Shown piece after piece: positions 44,801-58,700 of a stretch of 64,000 nt of DNA (its first letter is position 1; each line of letters begins with the position of its first letter). The stretch comes from Saccostrea echinata (lineage: Eukaryota), in the NCBI RefSeq assembly GCF_033153115.1, contig NW_026889758.1, forward strand, positions 38,316,001-38,380,000. Direction: 5' to 3'. The notes beneath the pieces are model-generated. The model made no database searches. It was given only the letters and a program-made list of their open reading frames with translations, and was not told the origin of the DNA. A program made the position numbers and the translations under genes.

Positions 44801-47800
44801 TATATATATTTCAACAAATTTGTCATACAGATAAAGCAAATTACATATAGCCAAAAAAAAAAAAAGCCCTGAACTTTTCTATAAATGAGTTTTACTGTAT
44901 ATGATGAACAAACCTTTTTACCTGTAACTGTTCTTATTTGAAGCAGTACTAGTAATCCCTTAATTTTGTTTTTTGTGTTGTAGGTTACAGCCCTAACACA
45001 CTTAGGCTTCTCATTCAGTACTTTACAAGTCGAGGTTTTGCTGTATTGGATGTTAACTACAGAGGAAGTAATGGATTTGGTACACAATACAGAAACAAAC
45101 TCAAAACAAAGTAATTATTGTATATCAAAGAAGCAATGAATATCTAAAATTTAGTATATGTCCATGTACAGGTATTCTTATTAGCTCACTTGAGTCAAAG
45201 GCTCAAGTGAGCCTTTCTGATCAAAAGTATGTCTATCATTTATTGGTATCTGTCTGTCATCTGATCTTTTTCCACAAATTTTGATGTCTCTTTTCAAGAA
45301 AATCTGGACCATTATCAGACTTGGCTCAAATTATCCTTGGATGAAGGGGATTCAAAATTATTATTTCTTTTTTTTTGAAATGAAAATTTTCCAATAGGAA
45401 ATAATAAAGAAATAATGAAAATAGACTGTCACAGGTCATTTTAAACATTCTCAAGAACTGCTGAACCTGAAATAAAAAAAGCTTATGTGAAAGGCTTCTA
45501 TCACAAAAACAATATAACTGAACATTCTTTAAATGGCTGTAACAAATGGATGTGTTTTAAAGGTTGTAAAAATATTTGAACCACTAATTGGATGCTTTTT
45601 TTTTTTAAAAAAAATATGACTGACTGGCATTCAATGACAGTCAATGGCATGACTGGCTTCTCACCCATAGTTATATCCCATGCACAATTTACATCTCTAA
45701 AATCTTTCATCTATAATATCTTTTTACTAGATGGGGAATATATGATGTTGATGACTGCTGCACAGGGGCTCAGTCTTTAGCTGATGAAGGTCAAGTGGAC
45801 AAGAATTGTCTGTGTATTGATGGGGGATCAGCAGGGGGATATACCACACTGGCTTGTCTGGCCTTCAAGAATGTGTTTAAAGCAGGTAAAATAAGGTTGA
45901 CAGAAAATATTTCAGTTCATTCCAACCATTGGGAAATATTAACAGTATGTGTCAGCTAGCACTCTGGAGAACATTTTTATTGCACAAGTTTTTCACTTTT
46001 TATGTGATTTTTCAAATCACCCGTTAGTTGTCTCCCTTTTGTGTATGTATACATGGAAGTATTAAACAAAAGAACATTGATTAGTATTGAAGGACACATG
46101 TCATTAAAAAGATTCTTCACTCTGAATGTATTAGACAAACATCTGATAACAATGCACAGATGGATTAATAATGAACTTTAACACCAGTGGCAGCAACTCT
46201 CCAGAATACAGAAGCTAGTGTATAAGAATCAGACAAGAGCATTCATGTAGTAATCCTGTGTAAAAAAGTGTAAAACAAGATGTGCTTGATAAACACAAAT
46301 GCCCCAAAAGTGTCCATTTATAATGAAAGACAATGATTCGGAGGGATGCACGGTTTAAACAAATAAGTAACTGTAAGGCCAAAATAAAAAACCTTTGTTT
46401 CCCCTAATGCGACCGACCCAATAAAATCTAGCCGACTGAAAAGTTTTTATTCAATTTTTTTTATGTTTATCAACTTTCATAAAATAAAATTTCATCAAAA
46501 TCTGCATTTATCAGAATGGCTGAAATTGTTCTACAGTGATTTTCAAGCGTATTGTGCCCATAACATGTGGTCACAGAGGATTATTTCGTTTACAGTGTTA
46601 TAAAACAACTTATCAACATTATGCCTTTAGCTTATTAGAATCCTACACTCTTTAAACATTTCGTTAATAAAATATACCATGACTAATTAAGAGTGTTTCG
46701 GTGGTATTTGCAATCCTGTCTTTTAAAATTGAGGTACTTAGTACATGGTAAGGCCAGCCTCATGAACAGTCCAGGCCGGGCATACTTTGTGGACATATCA
46801 ATCAATTTCACTGCATTTTATTTGAGTTTTGATGTGGTTTGAGTGTTTGAAGACTACAGTGTATATGTGGTTATACAGATCAATCACATAATATAAATGG
46901 TAAATAATTGATGTTCTACTGATTTAAATCAGGATTTATCTCACTACTGTTATGATCTTTGGTGTTGTTCAGTGTGTGTTAAAATGTCATGAGTAATTCA
47001 CAACTATATCTTAACCATCCCTGTCTTAAATTACAGGACCTTGATAGTTACAATGTACTAGTGTTGTACCAATAATCAGAGAACATCGATTGTCGATGAA
47101 AAAATGCTACCAATTCCGATGATCAATTATTATTTTTCATAATCGATCATCAGTAACGAACTTTTTATAAAATACAATCTGGAATTATCCGTTCCCAGTT
47201 TAAAATTAAATGAAAGAAAAATGGCATCTTATGTGTTATAAAGCCAACTAGCACAAAGCATAGGTGATTAAGAACCAAAAGGTACAAATATAGAAAGTGT
47301 AAAAGAAGCAAAACAACAAAGAAAACAATATATTTTATATATTCATGTTAAAGAAATAAAATGAAATACTTGTAATAGTCTGCTTTTTATATACAAAACT
47401 ATTACATCCGATTATAATCAGAAAAATCACATCGGAAGCAGTAACCAATTCCAACCGATGATCAGTTAAAAAAATTACCCGATGTCCCATCACTAGTAGT
47501 CACAAGTAATTGCACAGTTTTCAGTGCAATTTTCAGTTCATATACCGGTAGCAATGCAAAATAAATTTAATCAGTGAGTTAATATATAGCTGTATTATTG
47601 AGAAGGCACTAAGAAATTGATGGACTAAGAAATTCTCATAGATGTACACAAAAGCAGTAGGCCTATCCACTTTTAGGCCATCACTAAAAAATATCTTTGT
47701 TTCCCCTAACCCGACCCTAAAATCTCAAGTTGGGTAGGTAGGTAGGTAAATAATTTTTTTTTCTGACAGAAGCTTTGAAAATACCTTCTGAAATTTAATG

Positions 47801-50559
47801 GAATAATACCTTTATATTAAAATAAGATCAGTACAAAAGAAAGCGATTTGTAAACAGAACATCATACAAATGCTGTTTAAAAGCAAAATTTAAGGTAAAT
47901 TAATTCACAACTATTATCAAATTGAACTTGTGAAATATCTGATGCCAGTGTAAATTTATTGAAATCGAATAATTAAAAAACAAGATTTTCAGATACTAGT
48001 ACGCAAAGACCGACATCCGAGTATATTTTTCAAACCTCTAAATTTAATGTCTAAAATGTCATTGAAAATACTGAATCCAATCCATTTGCATTAAAAATAT
48101 TTAGTTATATTCAGTGTAATTTCCTTAATGAAATCCAGTGGAAATCTGCAATATTAAATACCCTACTGTGCGGTGGAATACACAGTAGGAACTATATGCA
48201 TTTTCAATACTTTAGGAACCAAAATGTATATTGTTTTGGCTCAATTAACATGTCTGATCTTTTCTTCAGAAAAATAAGTGATTTAAATTTTTTTTGGAAA
48301 AATATTAGTGCTCTCATATATATTATATATTGTATATATATAAGACTGTAAGTTCTATGGTTCAAAAGTTTCTAGGAAAGCTAAAGTTTTTGACAGAAAT
48401 GACAGATTTGCAGACAGTACAAAAACAATACGCCTCCAGATCTGTGATCTTGAGGCATAAAAAAACTTTTAGAGCAAATGCATGTACATTGTACAAGTAC
48501 CAGCTACATCAATCCTAACTCCTTTCGAAACTCTTTGCATCTTGGTTGTCAAATGCACTGGGGTTTCATTTTGGCACATTTTAAAATAATGTTTTGAGTT
48601 TTTTCACCTCCATTGTAGAATTTCAATCTTTTTCATAGGTACCAGTCTATATGGTGTAGCAGATCTTGAGGCACTGGTCAGAGATACCCACAAATTTGAG
48701 AGTCGGTACATTGATAACCTTGTTGCTCCTTACAGTGAAGAAACCAAAAAGATTTATGATGAACGCTCTCCTATCCATTATGTTGATAAACTCAACTGTG
48801 CAATGGCATTCTTTCAGGGAGATGAAGACAAGGTTAGTTATTTAATATATACATGTAAATTGAATCTAAAAAATGCACAAATTTTATCAGCAATGATTAG
48901 GTCAAAAAATGACATCTTTATTCAGTATTTGAATATTGATAATTTTCATTATATTGGGAAGTTATATGATGGAGTATATTAATCTACTGTGAATACGTAA
49001 ATTCTCAGATTGTTCCACCAAATCAAGCAGAAATGATGTATGAAGCTGTAAAAGCCAAAGGCTTGCCAACAGTATTGGTCATGTTCAAAGGTAAGGCAAT
49101 AAAAAAGAGCAGAAAATAGCATTTCTTTTTTTTTTTATTTGATTTTTAACTCACCTGAGCTTTCACCAGAGCTGAAAGCTCAATTGAGCTTTTTAAATCA
49201 CATTTTGTCTGTCTCTTCATCTGTAAATTTTTCACATTTTTAACTTCTTTTCAACCAATTTCAAGCAGACTTGCCACAAAACATTCTTGGGTAAGGGGGA
49301 TTTAAAATTGCTCAAATGGAGGCCCATGTCCTCTTTCAAGGGGAGATAATTAAGAATTAGGGAAAATTTAATGGCATCTTTGTAAATATCTTTTGTCAAA
49401 AACCACTGTGCCACATGAGATGAAACTTATAAATAAGCTTCATTACATAGTGTAGATTCAAATTTGTACAAATCATGACCCTCCAGAGGTAAAGGGTAAG
49501 GCAACAATGGGCGATCAAAGTTTTACATAGGAACATGTAGCAAAAATCTGGAAAAATTTTCTTCTCAAGAACATGAAAGCAATTATTAGTCATATTTATA
49601 TAGAATCATTCTCAGGTAGTGTAGATTTAGGGTGGGGACACAATTGGTGATCAATGTATTACATTAAAATATTCAGAAATTTTTTTTAAAAAAATCTTCC
49701 TCTCAGGAACAGAAAAGCCATTATTTTAACTATGTTAAAATATTGTCATACCTAGATAGATATTAACTTTCTAATAGAAAATTGACATTTTCAGAGTATG
49801 GGTGCAAAAGGGAAATAACATCTTCTTTTCTGCTTGAAAAATAGAAAATCAAGTTCTTCCACTGATCAATACATGAATAAAATTCATCAATGCAGCAGTG
49901 TTTGACCTTAGATGCAGCTGTGCCTTAGAACCTGTAGATTTTTTTTTATCGACCTCATGCTTTTATTTTATCATGATTATTGTAAGACATTCATAATTTT
50001 TTTTTTTCTGAGGAGTTAAATTAGCTAGGATATAACATGAACTTAGATTAGGTGCAAAATGTGTATTCACTAATTCTATCATAATTGTGGTATTCTCTAC
50101 AGTTTTCCTATATTAACTCTTGCACACCAAACAATAAACATATTATCCTTTAATATATTTCAGGAGAGCAACATGGTTTCAGAAAAGCTGAGAATATACA
50201 GACAGCCCTGGATGGGGAATTCTATTTCTTTGCTAAAGTATTTGGCTTTGAGCCAGCTGATAAACACATGTCTGTAAGTCTCTGTTTGATCACTGAAATG
50301 TGCATAATAACATTTTTCATCTTATGACCCTAATAAGGTCATTTTTAGTGAAGCAGGTATAAATTATGCTCAGTCAAGAGGATGTCGGTAGTGTGGAATA
50401 ACACACACTGTCAATCTTACCTCAAATGTTTAACAATTACCTTTCAAAATTATAATCCTTATAGATACAGTAATTTATATTGATCATTGAAAACAGGAGT
50501 TTGTTTAATCATGACTTTTTTTTTCTTTTCAGCTTGACATTAAAAATCTGAAAGGATGA
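31742..50559 (+). CDS. Prolyl oligopeptidase family S9 (S9C, puromycin-hydrolase/acylaminoacyl-peptidase-like) serine peptidase, 658 aa
   Basis: 14 phase-consistent exons: 31742-31856 ([15 protein letters not shown]), 37252-37541 ([10 protein letters not shown]), 38734-38850, 39880-39966 ([24 protein letters not shown]), 41106-41183 (PWD), 42775-43011, 43316-43480, 44027-44219 ([11 protein letters not shown]), 44984-45110 ([10 protein letters not shown]), 45731-45885 (GGSAGG, catalytic Ser), 48639-48832 (FQGDEDK, Asp), 49009-49090, 50164-50273 (GEQHGFRK, His), 50533-50559. Total 1977 nt. Confidence 0.95.
32065..32675. mobile_element. Non-autonomous Mutator-like (MULE) element with 9-bp TSD
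   Basis: tctctatcc at 32056-32064 and 32676-32684; GGT...ACC ends; subterminal gttcgcc/ggcgaac inverted motifs. Confidence 0.8.
33070..34272 (+). repeat. Cg170/HindIII-like ~166-bp satellite array (~6 monomers) ending in a Helentron/pearl terminal box
   Basis: ctcaagaacca recurs at 33235, 33401, 33564, 33735, 33897 and 34062; 3' box caggtgagcgttgtggcccatgggcctcttgttttt. Confidence 0.9.
34312..36127. mobile_element. TTAA-flanked TIR element (Kolobok/piggyBac-like) with a nested element in its right TIR
   Basis: ttaa|ggctgcggaacattaaatggcaagattggaaat...atttccaatcttgccagttaatg[insert]taatgttctgcagcc|ttaa. Confidence 0.75.
35202..36112. mobile_element. Nested non-autonomous DNA transposon (CAGG...CCTG ends, taatg duplicated)
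   Basis: caggcctctaa...ttagagccctg flanked by taatg on both sides; subterminal aaattttaggc(g/a)cca repeats. Confidence 0.7.
36423..36805. mobile_element. MITE (PIF/Harbinger-like)
   Basis: TIR ggtcattccaagttttttctatgtttag / ctaaacagagaaaaaacttggaatggcc. Confidence 0.6.
37003..37178. mobile_element. Tc1/mariner-type MITE with TA TSD
   Basis: ta|cagtaaaacttggt...accaagttttactg|ta. Confidence 0.7.
38363..38492 (+). mobile_element. Solo LTR of a tRNA-containing TRIM (Helenus-type)
   Basis: TGT...ACA ends, 4-bp TSD tatg; internal tRNA-like segment with A box tagctcagttgg and B box ggttctaatc. Confidence 0.75.
39978..40990 (+). mobile_element. Helentron/pearl-type element with degenerate ~160-bp satellite monomers; related copies ~45178-45500, ~49143-49720 and their duplicates at +11575
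   Basis: 5' box ttttagttcacctgagctgaaagctcaagtga followed by monomers containing ttcaaatcatgacc...ggggccacaatg. Confidence 0.8.
41757..41820. repeat. (TA)n microsatellite, ~32 units
   Basis: Read directly from the sequence. Confidence 0.97.
43560..44010 (+). mobile_element. Second non-autonomous Helentron-like family fragment with internal tandem repeats
   Basis: Repeated ttcatatttcaca..gtatttcttgtgacaaga and a 3' end ggggcat...tttcacaaacacatcttgt; the reverse-oriented end of the same family lies at ~46275. Confidence 0.55.
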
Positions 50560-51243
50560 GATGACATACATTTATTTAAAAAAAAGACTATTTAGTCAGA
50601 ATGCAATTAAATGGACACCTGTTTGATACATTAAAGCAAATTTTATATCCAGATTTTACATATTTTGACTTTTGCATTGATGATAAATGAGTAAAGTGCA
50701 CTGATTGCTTAATGCATGATAAATTTTAAAAGATGATCCCCATGATGTGCCCTTACAGCTTCTCTTAAAAAAAAATGGATTGGTTCACAGTCTGTAAGCA
50801 CCTCACTGTACATAAATAAGTTTTGTTATATAGATCCCTTTTTAACTCCAGTCCAATTTACTTACATAGCATGTTTCAATTTCAATGTAATAATCAATAC
50901 AATCTTTGATCTGATTCCAGCTTTGACTTGTGCATACAAATTCATAAAAGCAATTTTTTGAAAATTCATCCTATCATACTCAGTGAAATTGAATGGAATG
51001 ATTTATCTGTACATAAAAAAATGGCTCCAACACTCTGAATGCCTTCAAGCAATAAATTAAAAATGAAACAATGTCTAAATAATTTGTGATTATCAATTGT
51101 TTGTCTACATGTATGTATATTTATGTTTATGGTCAGGAGGCCCTGGGAAAGAATATTTCTTGTACTAATCATGTTACATTTTTTTAAATAAAGTTTTACT
51201 ATTATTATTATTGATTTTGTTATATTATTATTTTTAAGAATAT

Positions 51244-51563
51244 TGCGATGGTCTAGGGGTTTGTTTGCCGGTGGCCAGTGATATCTCAGTTGATTCAGTA
51301 GGCCTAGGTTTGATTCAGGTCTTGTCTGCTGAATTTTCTCCCTTCCTGGTGGTGCTTAATCATTCACTGGAATTAACAGGTAAAAGATGTGGCAGGGAGG
51401 AGTCTGGGTTGCTTTCTTTGGAGGGTGATGACTAGTGATGACATTTAAGGAGTAAAGCAGTAAGGGGTTGATTAAATTGCTCAATTGGTAAAGCACTTTT
51501 CTAAAATTTTGAGGACCCAGTTTGAATCCTGATCTGTTCCATCACATTGTCTCCCTTTTCATA
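51244..51563 (+). mobile_element. Degenerate full-length tRNA-containing TRIM (two LTRs, PBS-like tggtgc, purine tract); duplicate at 62819-63138
   Basis: Two diverged copies of the 38363 LTR (~51244-51347 and ~51435-51563) around tggtgc (~51350) and ggagggtga (~51420). Confidence 0.5.
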
Positions 51564-52473
51564 TCTAATGTGTGAAGAATTGTATTAATTTTAAAATTTG
51601 TATGCTGAAATATCGAATTCGTATAATTTGAAGTATGGCAAAAACAGATTTCTTTTCAAACGGTTTAATAAACAAGAAATGGTATTTAAAAGTTACTGTT
51701 CACAAATCATTGCAAAATTATATTTTTAATTGAGAACTGTTTTTTGATTTATACATAACCAAAGAAATGTCTCCATTTTCACTTCTTAAAATATTTTTAC
51801 ATATATAAGTGAAATATTTCTAATTTACTTCTTTTCTTTAATTAAGTTTAATTAAAAGTCATTATGTTTCATTCAATTAATCCTAGATTTTCTTTTGGAA
51901 ATTACGTACATAGTTTAATTAAATGGCCACTTTTGGGCTTCATGGCAGAATCACTCATACAGACGTTTTACTGTACATGAGTGATTCTTATCACGCAAAG
52001 AGGTGTTAAGAAAATTAGTCTCCTGTAAGGCTTTGACTAACGGCATCAAGATTGACACTAAGTATTGAAATCATTCTATTGTATGATTAACATTTATATA
52101 TCTAATGACAACTTTAACCTGAGGTCGTGCTTATTTAAACAATGAAATGCTTTCTGACATTTTATTGTTCATGTTGTTTATATCTGTATAAATTTTAATG
52201 ACCGTGTTAAGTTAAATATTGTATAATTGATTAGTACGTCATTGTATGTTTCACTGAATGCAGATAGAAGATCTGCTGCTCAGATTACGTGTAACATAAC
52301 AAATGAACTTCGGCAAAGAGACAAAGAACTCTGCAGGTAAACCTTCAATCTTGGAATACAAGTAGTCAGTTCATGGCACATTCATTAAAAAAAACATGAC
52401 GTTTTCTTTTGTGTCTCGCGTACTTGTGGTTGGTCCTACTCTTTTCCCCAAATACACAACACCCACTTTTGAT

Positions 52474-52506
<33 letters not shown>

Positions 52507-53608
52507 GAATTGTATTTACCATTGGAAAAATCTGGTAATTAAATTGTGACGTGTTAGAAAATGAGAAATTTAGACAATCTTATAATAATGAAAATGGTAT
52601 GAATGTGTTGATTAAAGCACAACAATTCAGCGTAGATTTTTTTTTTATCATAATGCGTTGACATGAAAACACAAAGTATAAATTTTAATATTGGTAATAA
52701 TTACAGGGACAATAAAATTATTTAGATTAGGAACCGTGCCCATTTCCGGGCCCAATCCCTCCAATTTTGCCAATATAAACTTTAAAATAGATAAACAAAG
52801 CTAACGTTTCGGTTGTACTCCCTCTGAAATAAGGTTTGATGGCATTTTTTTTCTTTACCTATGAAAGTATATATGTTAATAAATTTTTAATCAATAAAAG
52901 GCATACATGTGCATTGATAGTGCAGTAGAAAACCACGCTACTATAAGTGAAAAAAATAAATTAGAAATTATACAAAAGATATGGGAAATTTGAAAAAAAA
53001 AAAAAAAAAAGATTATTGCAATAGGCTTAAACTATCTCACTTTTCAGTACCTGAAGAAAATACTTAAATATTTCTGTATTAAAGCGTTGGATCCGCCTAA
53101 AGATCCAACTATCTCTATAAAACGGGAGCCTCTTAAAACCAGTTTTAACCAGTTTGTTACTTCGTCATAGACCCATTTACTCGAAAATCCTCTCGCTGTT
53201 GATGATTTACTTTTCTTAACTGATGTGTAAATATCTATATTTTTAGCGTTTTTTATGCAGACTTTTTTTAAAGATTTAGTTTCAAAGAGTGAGATTTAAG
53301 TTTTTAGTAAAAAATTATATCTTTTTTAGTTCAAAGTTTTGCGTACTATATTGTGTTACATCATGCGTAGTATTTCACAACAAACTGTATAAATAGTCGT
53401 GCAGCAAACGACGCCGAGGTGCGGGATTGATTAGTTTGTTTATGGTAGGGTGTATCTTTTTACGCGGAAATTCATTTTATGTTAAAAGTGTTTTATTTTA
53501 CGAATTATTTGAAATTCGTGTATAATTTCATGTGTATTCGTAAGATATATTGTTCTTCTGAATTAGAATGATTCATTTTTTGTGTATTGTACATTTTAAA
53601 CCAAAAAA

Positions 53609-55700
53609 ATGACTATTGTTCGAGAATCCAATATGGCGTCGAGGAAGCTCGGAGAGCAAAAACGAGAATTGAGAACTGTGTTGGTAAAAAGATTGCTGAC
53701 GAAGAAGAGGAAATACTCCAGAAACACGTATATTTGTGCGCTTATTCAAAGTACTGTGAAAAAAATTCTAGAAGTGAAGAGACCGAAATCTCTTGAAAAC
53801 CCAACAGATGGTGATCGTAATTTCGTTTCACTGGGACTCGATCATGGTTGTAATGTTGAATTAAGGAGTGATCCTTTAGATATAGATAAGTTTTTAAACA
53901 AATTGTAGGTCAGGTAATTTTTGAATAAAAAAAACGGGTTCATTCATTTATAAGAAAGTGTACTGTTTTTAGTGATCCTATTATACTACCTAAAGGGATC
54001 ATCCATTGTATTGTGTTCAAACATAAGTATATGTACTGCTTTTAATGACCAAAATAAAAACATTGCTTTTTTGTTGCCTAATTGCTTATTTTGTACTTTA
54101 TTGCAGTGCAGGGTCCATGAAGGCTCTGAATTGTAGAATTGTATGGCTGTTCATTGCAACATCATAACGTAAGACTCCTTGTTAGTGTGGACCAAACCCA
54201 CCTCCTCTGAGATTCCCCCATCTTGATGCCGCTTTGCTGCCCTGTCATTATCTGCCATGGCTGCCCCTAGATATGTTATAGCAAAGAAAGTAGGAATAGG
54301 CCTTGGATGGAAAAGTCCAAGCTGTTAACTGGTGAAAGAGTTGAAAGTATGGTCAACATTGATCTACTAATTCCATCAAGCAATGATTATTGATGACCTA
54401 GTGGTAATCTTAAATGGCCTAGATCATCCATCGTCACAATATTGAGAAGGATATGCCCTTTTCCCCTGCTCTTTAAACATGACTGAAGTATTACAAGACC
54501 AGTTGTCTATGACTTGGGAAGTGTAAAATGCTGTGGTTTGTAGACAAAGATCGTTCAAGTATCAAAGTTAAACCTTTTCTTTGTTTAGCAAGCAATTTAT
54601 GTTAAATTTAGTAAGAAAACTTTAAAGTGACTTAAATTGGGTATCATCAATTATTTACAAATGTTAATAGATAAATTGCATTTTTACATCCAGAGGATGC
54701 CGAGACAATATTTAAAACTGAATGTGACTTTTCAAGACTTAACATGTCATTATGTCAAGTTCTGTTTTGAATGTTTGGATTGGTTGATGGGTGAGGCAAT
54801 GCAATTCAATTGAAAATTATAAAATAATTGTGAAAATTTGACATTTCACAGCAGCACATGGGTTCTTAACAAGGAGCCAGTAAATGAAATTCAATGGATC
54901 TGAGGGTGTAATTCCAGAGTAATTGATGAAAGGGAGGAAACATCTGCTCTGATCCTTATCCTCATACATTGAAGATGAGGAGGAATCATCATTGCTTCTG
55001 GTTGATAATTTAAGAGGAATCGTCTCCCATCTTGCATTAGAAAATTCTGGCTTCCAGAAAATTTGTGTACCTTGACAGTGAACCAATAGATAAAGGTCTT
55101 ATTATTAAGGTTTTGTGGTGTGAAGGTAGAACATTTATGTAGTAAGGTAAAATGATGAAAATGTTTAAATTTTACAACAGGAACCATTCAAACCACAATT
55201 TTCGTATTGTGCTTGTTTAATTGGTAAAAAATATATTGCATTACATTGGTTATTTCAGCTTTGAACGTCCCATGGGGTCTTTCTGCAGAATATCACCCCA
55301 ATACTCCTCTCTAAAGCACCTCTCCAGAATTTCTCATGGAAAATCAACTAGAATCCTTTCAAAGAAACTTTCAGTCCCTGTTAAAAAAAGACATGAAAGA
55401 GACAACCTTTCCCTTTGTACTAGAGCAGAGGGCCTTGCAGTCTTGATTCCCCTTTGTAAAATCCTGAAATGCCAAGGGAAGGTAATTTGTTGTGTCATCA
55501 TATTGATAACAAAATGAAACTTTTTTGTTAATTGAAGGGAAGGGAGGGAGTAGTTTCACTTTACAGGTGAATGAAATTACAAAACCCCAGAAGAGCGCAA
55601 AGTATGGTCAATCTTGATCTACAGTGCCCATCTTACAGTGCAGACTTAATGGTTATCAGAGGTACCCAGATTAAATGGCTCAGTTCTTCCACCGTTACAG
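53609..55700 (+). pseudogene. Degenerate multi-exon coding relic of unknown identity, possibly from a transposon; truncated by the duplication junction
   Basis: Exon-like blocks with splice signals (53609-53908, ~54107-54530, ~54852-55110, 55260-55481, 55567-55700) containing stops and frameshifts; internal paralogy KVWSTLIY...LNGLDHPSSQY vs KVWSILIY...[11 protein letters not shown]. Confidence 0.4.
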
Positions 55701-58700
55701 TATGGATTCTTGTATACCCCAAAGAACAAGGATTACAAGGCTCCTGATGGAACCCTTCCACCACTCCTTGTCAAGGCACATGGAGGACCAACAAGTATGT
55801 CAAATTTCATTGACTTTATTTAGAACAGGTTTCCTATTGTAGGAGAGATAGGGGGTGGGGCTTAGGACAAGAGGAAAAATTCAAGTCACAGCCCTGTATC
55901 TCTCAAACAATAGGAAATATGTATTCTAATTGACTTGTAACAAGACTTTTCTGATGACCTCACTAGTCTACATATGTGTATGGGTATTACTTGTACTTTT
56001 CAACCAATCAAATGATTCTGCAGCAAGTTGACAAATTGTTATCAGTTATGGTTAAAATTCTGAGTGTGGTGCACATGCACTGTAACAGATGGACAATATT
56101 ACCATTTATAATATTGGTATGTGTTATATAACATGTTTTCCTCTCTGAACTGATTTTGTGTCCTGTAGAGGTTTAAAAATAATTTTATTTACATATTTAT
56201 AAAGAAGTCTTAAAATCTTTAAAATATTAAACTGACATTATTTTCCCAAGTGTTTTGAAATTCAGTTCATCTGAAAACTTTAGTACCCCATTGTAAGTTT
56301 TGTTATGATTTAATACTTCCCTGAACATATTTTGATAGTTATACTTGAAGGAAAACATGTATATTGCAAATTTGCTATATATATTTCAACAAATTTGTCA
56401 TACAGATAAAGCAAATTACATATAGCCAAAAAAAAAAAAAGCCCTGAACTTTTCTATAAATGAGTTTTACTGTATATGATGAACAAACCTTTTTACCTGT
56501 AACTGTTCTTATTTGAAGCAGTACTAGTAATCCCTTAATTTTGTTTTTTGTGTTGTAGGTTACAGCCCTAACACACTTAGGCTTCTCATTCAGTACTTTA
56601 CAAGTCGAGGTTTTGCTGTATTGGATGTTAACTACAGAGGAAGTAATGGATTTGGTACACAATACAGAAACAAACTCAAAACAAAGTAATTATTGTATAT
56701 CAAAGAAGCAATGAATATCTAAAATTTAGTATATGTCCATGTACAGGTATTCTTATTAGCTCACTTGAGTCAAAGGCTCAAGTGAGCCTTTCTGATCAAA
56801 AGTATGTCTATCATTTATTGGTATCTGTCTGTCATCTGATCTTTTTCCACAAATTTTGATGTCTCTTTTCAAGAAAATCTGGACCATTATCAGACTTGGC
56901 TCAAATTATCCTTGGATGAAGGGGATTCAAAATTATTATTTCTTTTTTTTTGAAATGAAAATTTTCCAATAGGAAATAATAAAGAAATAATGAAAATAGA
57001 CTGTCACAGGTCATTTTAAACATTCTCAAGAACTGCTGAACCTGAAATAAAAAAAGCTTATGTGAAAGGCTTCTATCACAAAAACAATATAACTGAACAT
57101 TCTTTAAATGGCTGTAACAAATGGATGTGTTTTAAAGGTTGTAAAAATATTTGAACCACTAATTGGATGCTTTTTTTTTTTAAAAAAAATATGACTGACT
57201 GGCATTCAATGACAGTCAATGGCATGACTGGCTTCTCACCCATAGTTATATCCCATGCACAATTTACATCTCTAAAATCTTTCATCTATAATATCTTTTT
57301 ACTAGATGGGGAATATATGATGTTGATGACTGCTGCACAGGGGCTCAGTCTTTAGCTGATGAAGGTCAAGTGGACAAGAATTGTCTGTGTATTGATGGGG
57401 GATCAGCAGGGGGATATACCACACTGGCTTGTCTGGCCTTCAAGAATGTGTTTAAAGCAGGTAAAATAAGGTTGACAGAAAATATTTCAGTTCATTCCAA
57501 CCATTGGGAAATATTAACAGTATGTGTCAGCTAGCACTCTGGAGAACATTTTTATTGCACAAGTTTTTCACTTTTTATGTGATTTTTCAAATCACCCGTT
57601 AGTTGTCTCCCTTTTGTGTATGTATACATGGAAGTATTAAACAAAAGAACATTGATTAGTATTGAAGGACACATGTCATTAAAAAGATTCTTCACTCTGA
57701 ATGTATTAGACAAACATCTGATAACAATGCACAGATGGATTAATAATGAACTTTAACACCAGTGGCAGCAACTCTCCAGAATACAGAAGCTAGTGTATAA
57801 GAATCAGACAAGAGCATTCATGTAGTAATCCTGTGTAAAAAAGTGTAAAACAAGATGTGCTTGATAAACACAAATGCCCCAAAAGTGTCCATTTATAATG
57901 AAAGACAATGATTCGGAGGGATGCACGGTTTAAACAAATAAGTAACTGTAAGGCCAAAATAAAAAACCTTTGTTTCCCCTAATGCGACCGACCCAATAAA
58001 ATCTAGCCGACTGAAAAGTTTTTATTCAATTTTTTTTATGTTTATCAACTTTCATAAAATAAAATTTCATCAAAATCTGCATTTATCAGAATGGCTGAAA
58101 TTGTTCTACAGTGATTTTCAAGCGTATTGTGCCCATAACATGTGGTCACAGAGGATTATTTCGTTTACAGTGTTATAAAACAACTTATCAACATTATGCC
58201 TTTAGCTTATTAGAATCCTACACTCTTTAAACATTTCGTTAATAAAATATACCATGACTAATTAAGAGTGTTTCGGTGGTATTTGCAATCCTGTCTTTTA
58301 AAATTGAGGTACTTAGTACATGGTAAGGCCAGCCTCATGAACAGTCCAGGCCGGGCATACTTTGTGGACATATCAATCAATTTCACTGCATTTTATTTGA
58401 GTTTTGATGTGGTTTGAGTGTTTGAAGACTACAGTGTATATGTGGTTATACAGATCAATCACATAATATAAATGGTAAATAATTGATGTTCTACTGATTT
58501 AAATCAGGATTTATCTCACTACTGTTATGATCTTTGGTGTTGTTCAGTGTGTGTTAAAATGTCATGAGTAATTCACAACTATATCTTAACCATCCCTGTC
58601 TTAAATTACAGGACCTTGATAGTTACAATGTACTAGTGTTGTACCAATAATCAGAGAACATCGATTGTCGATGAAAAAATGCTACCAATTCCGATGATCA

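Noticed and set aside
44800-45087. Minus-strand ORFs recurring at 56375 and beyond
   Set aside because: Recurrence reflects the segmental duplication; they are antisense to peptidase exons or derived from repeats.
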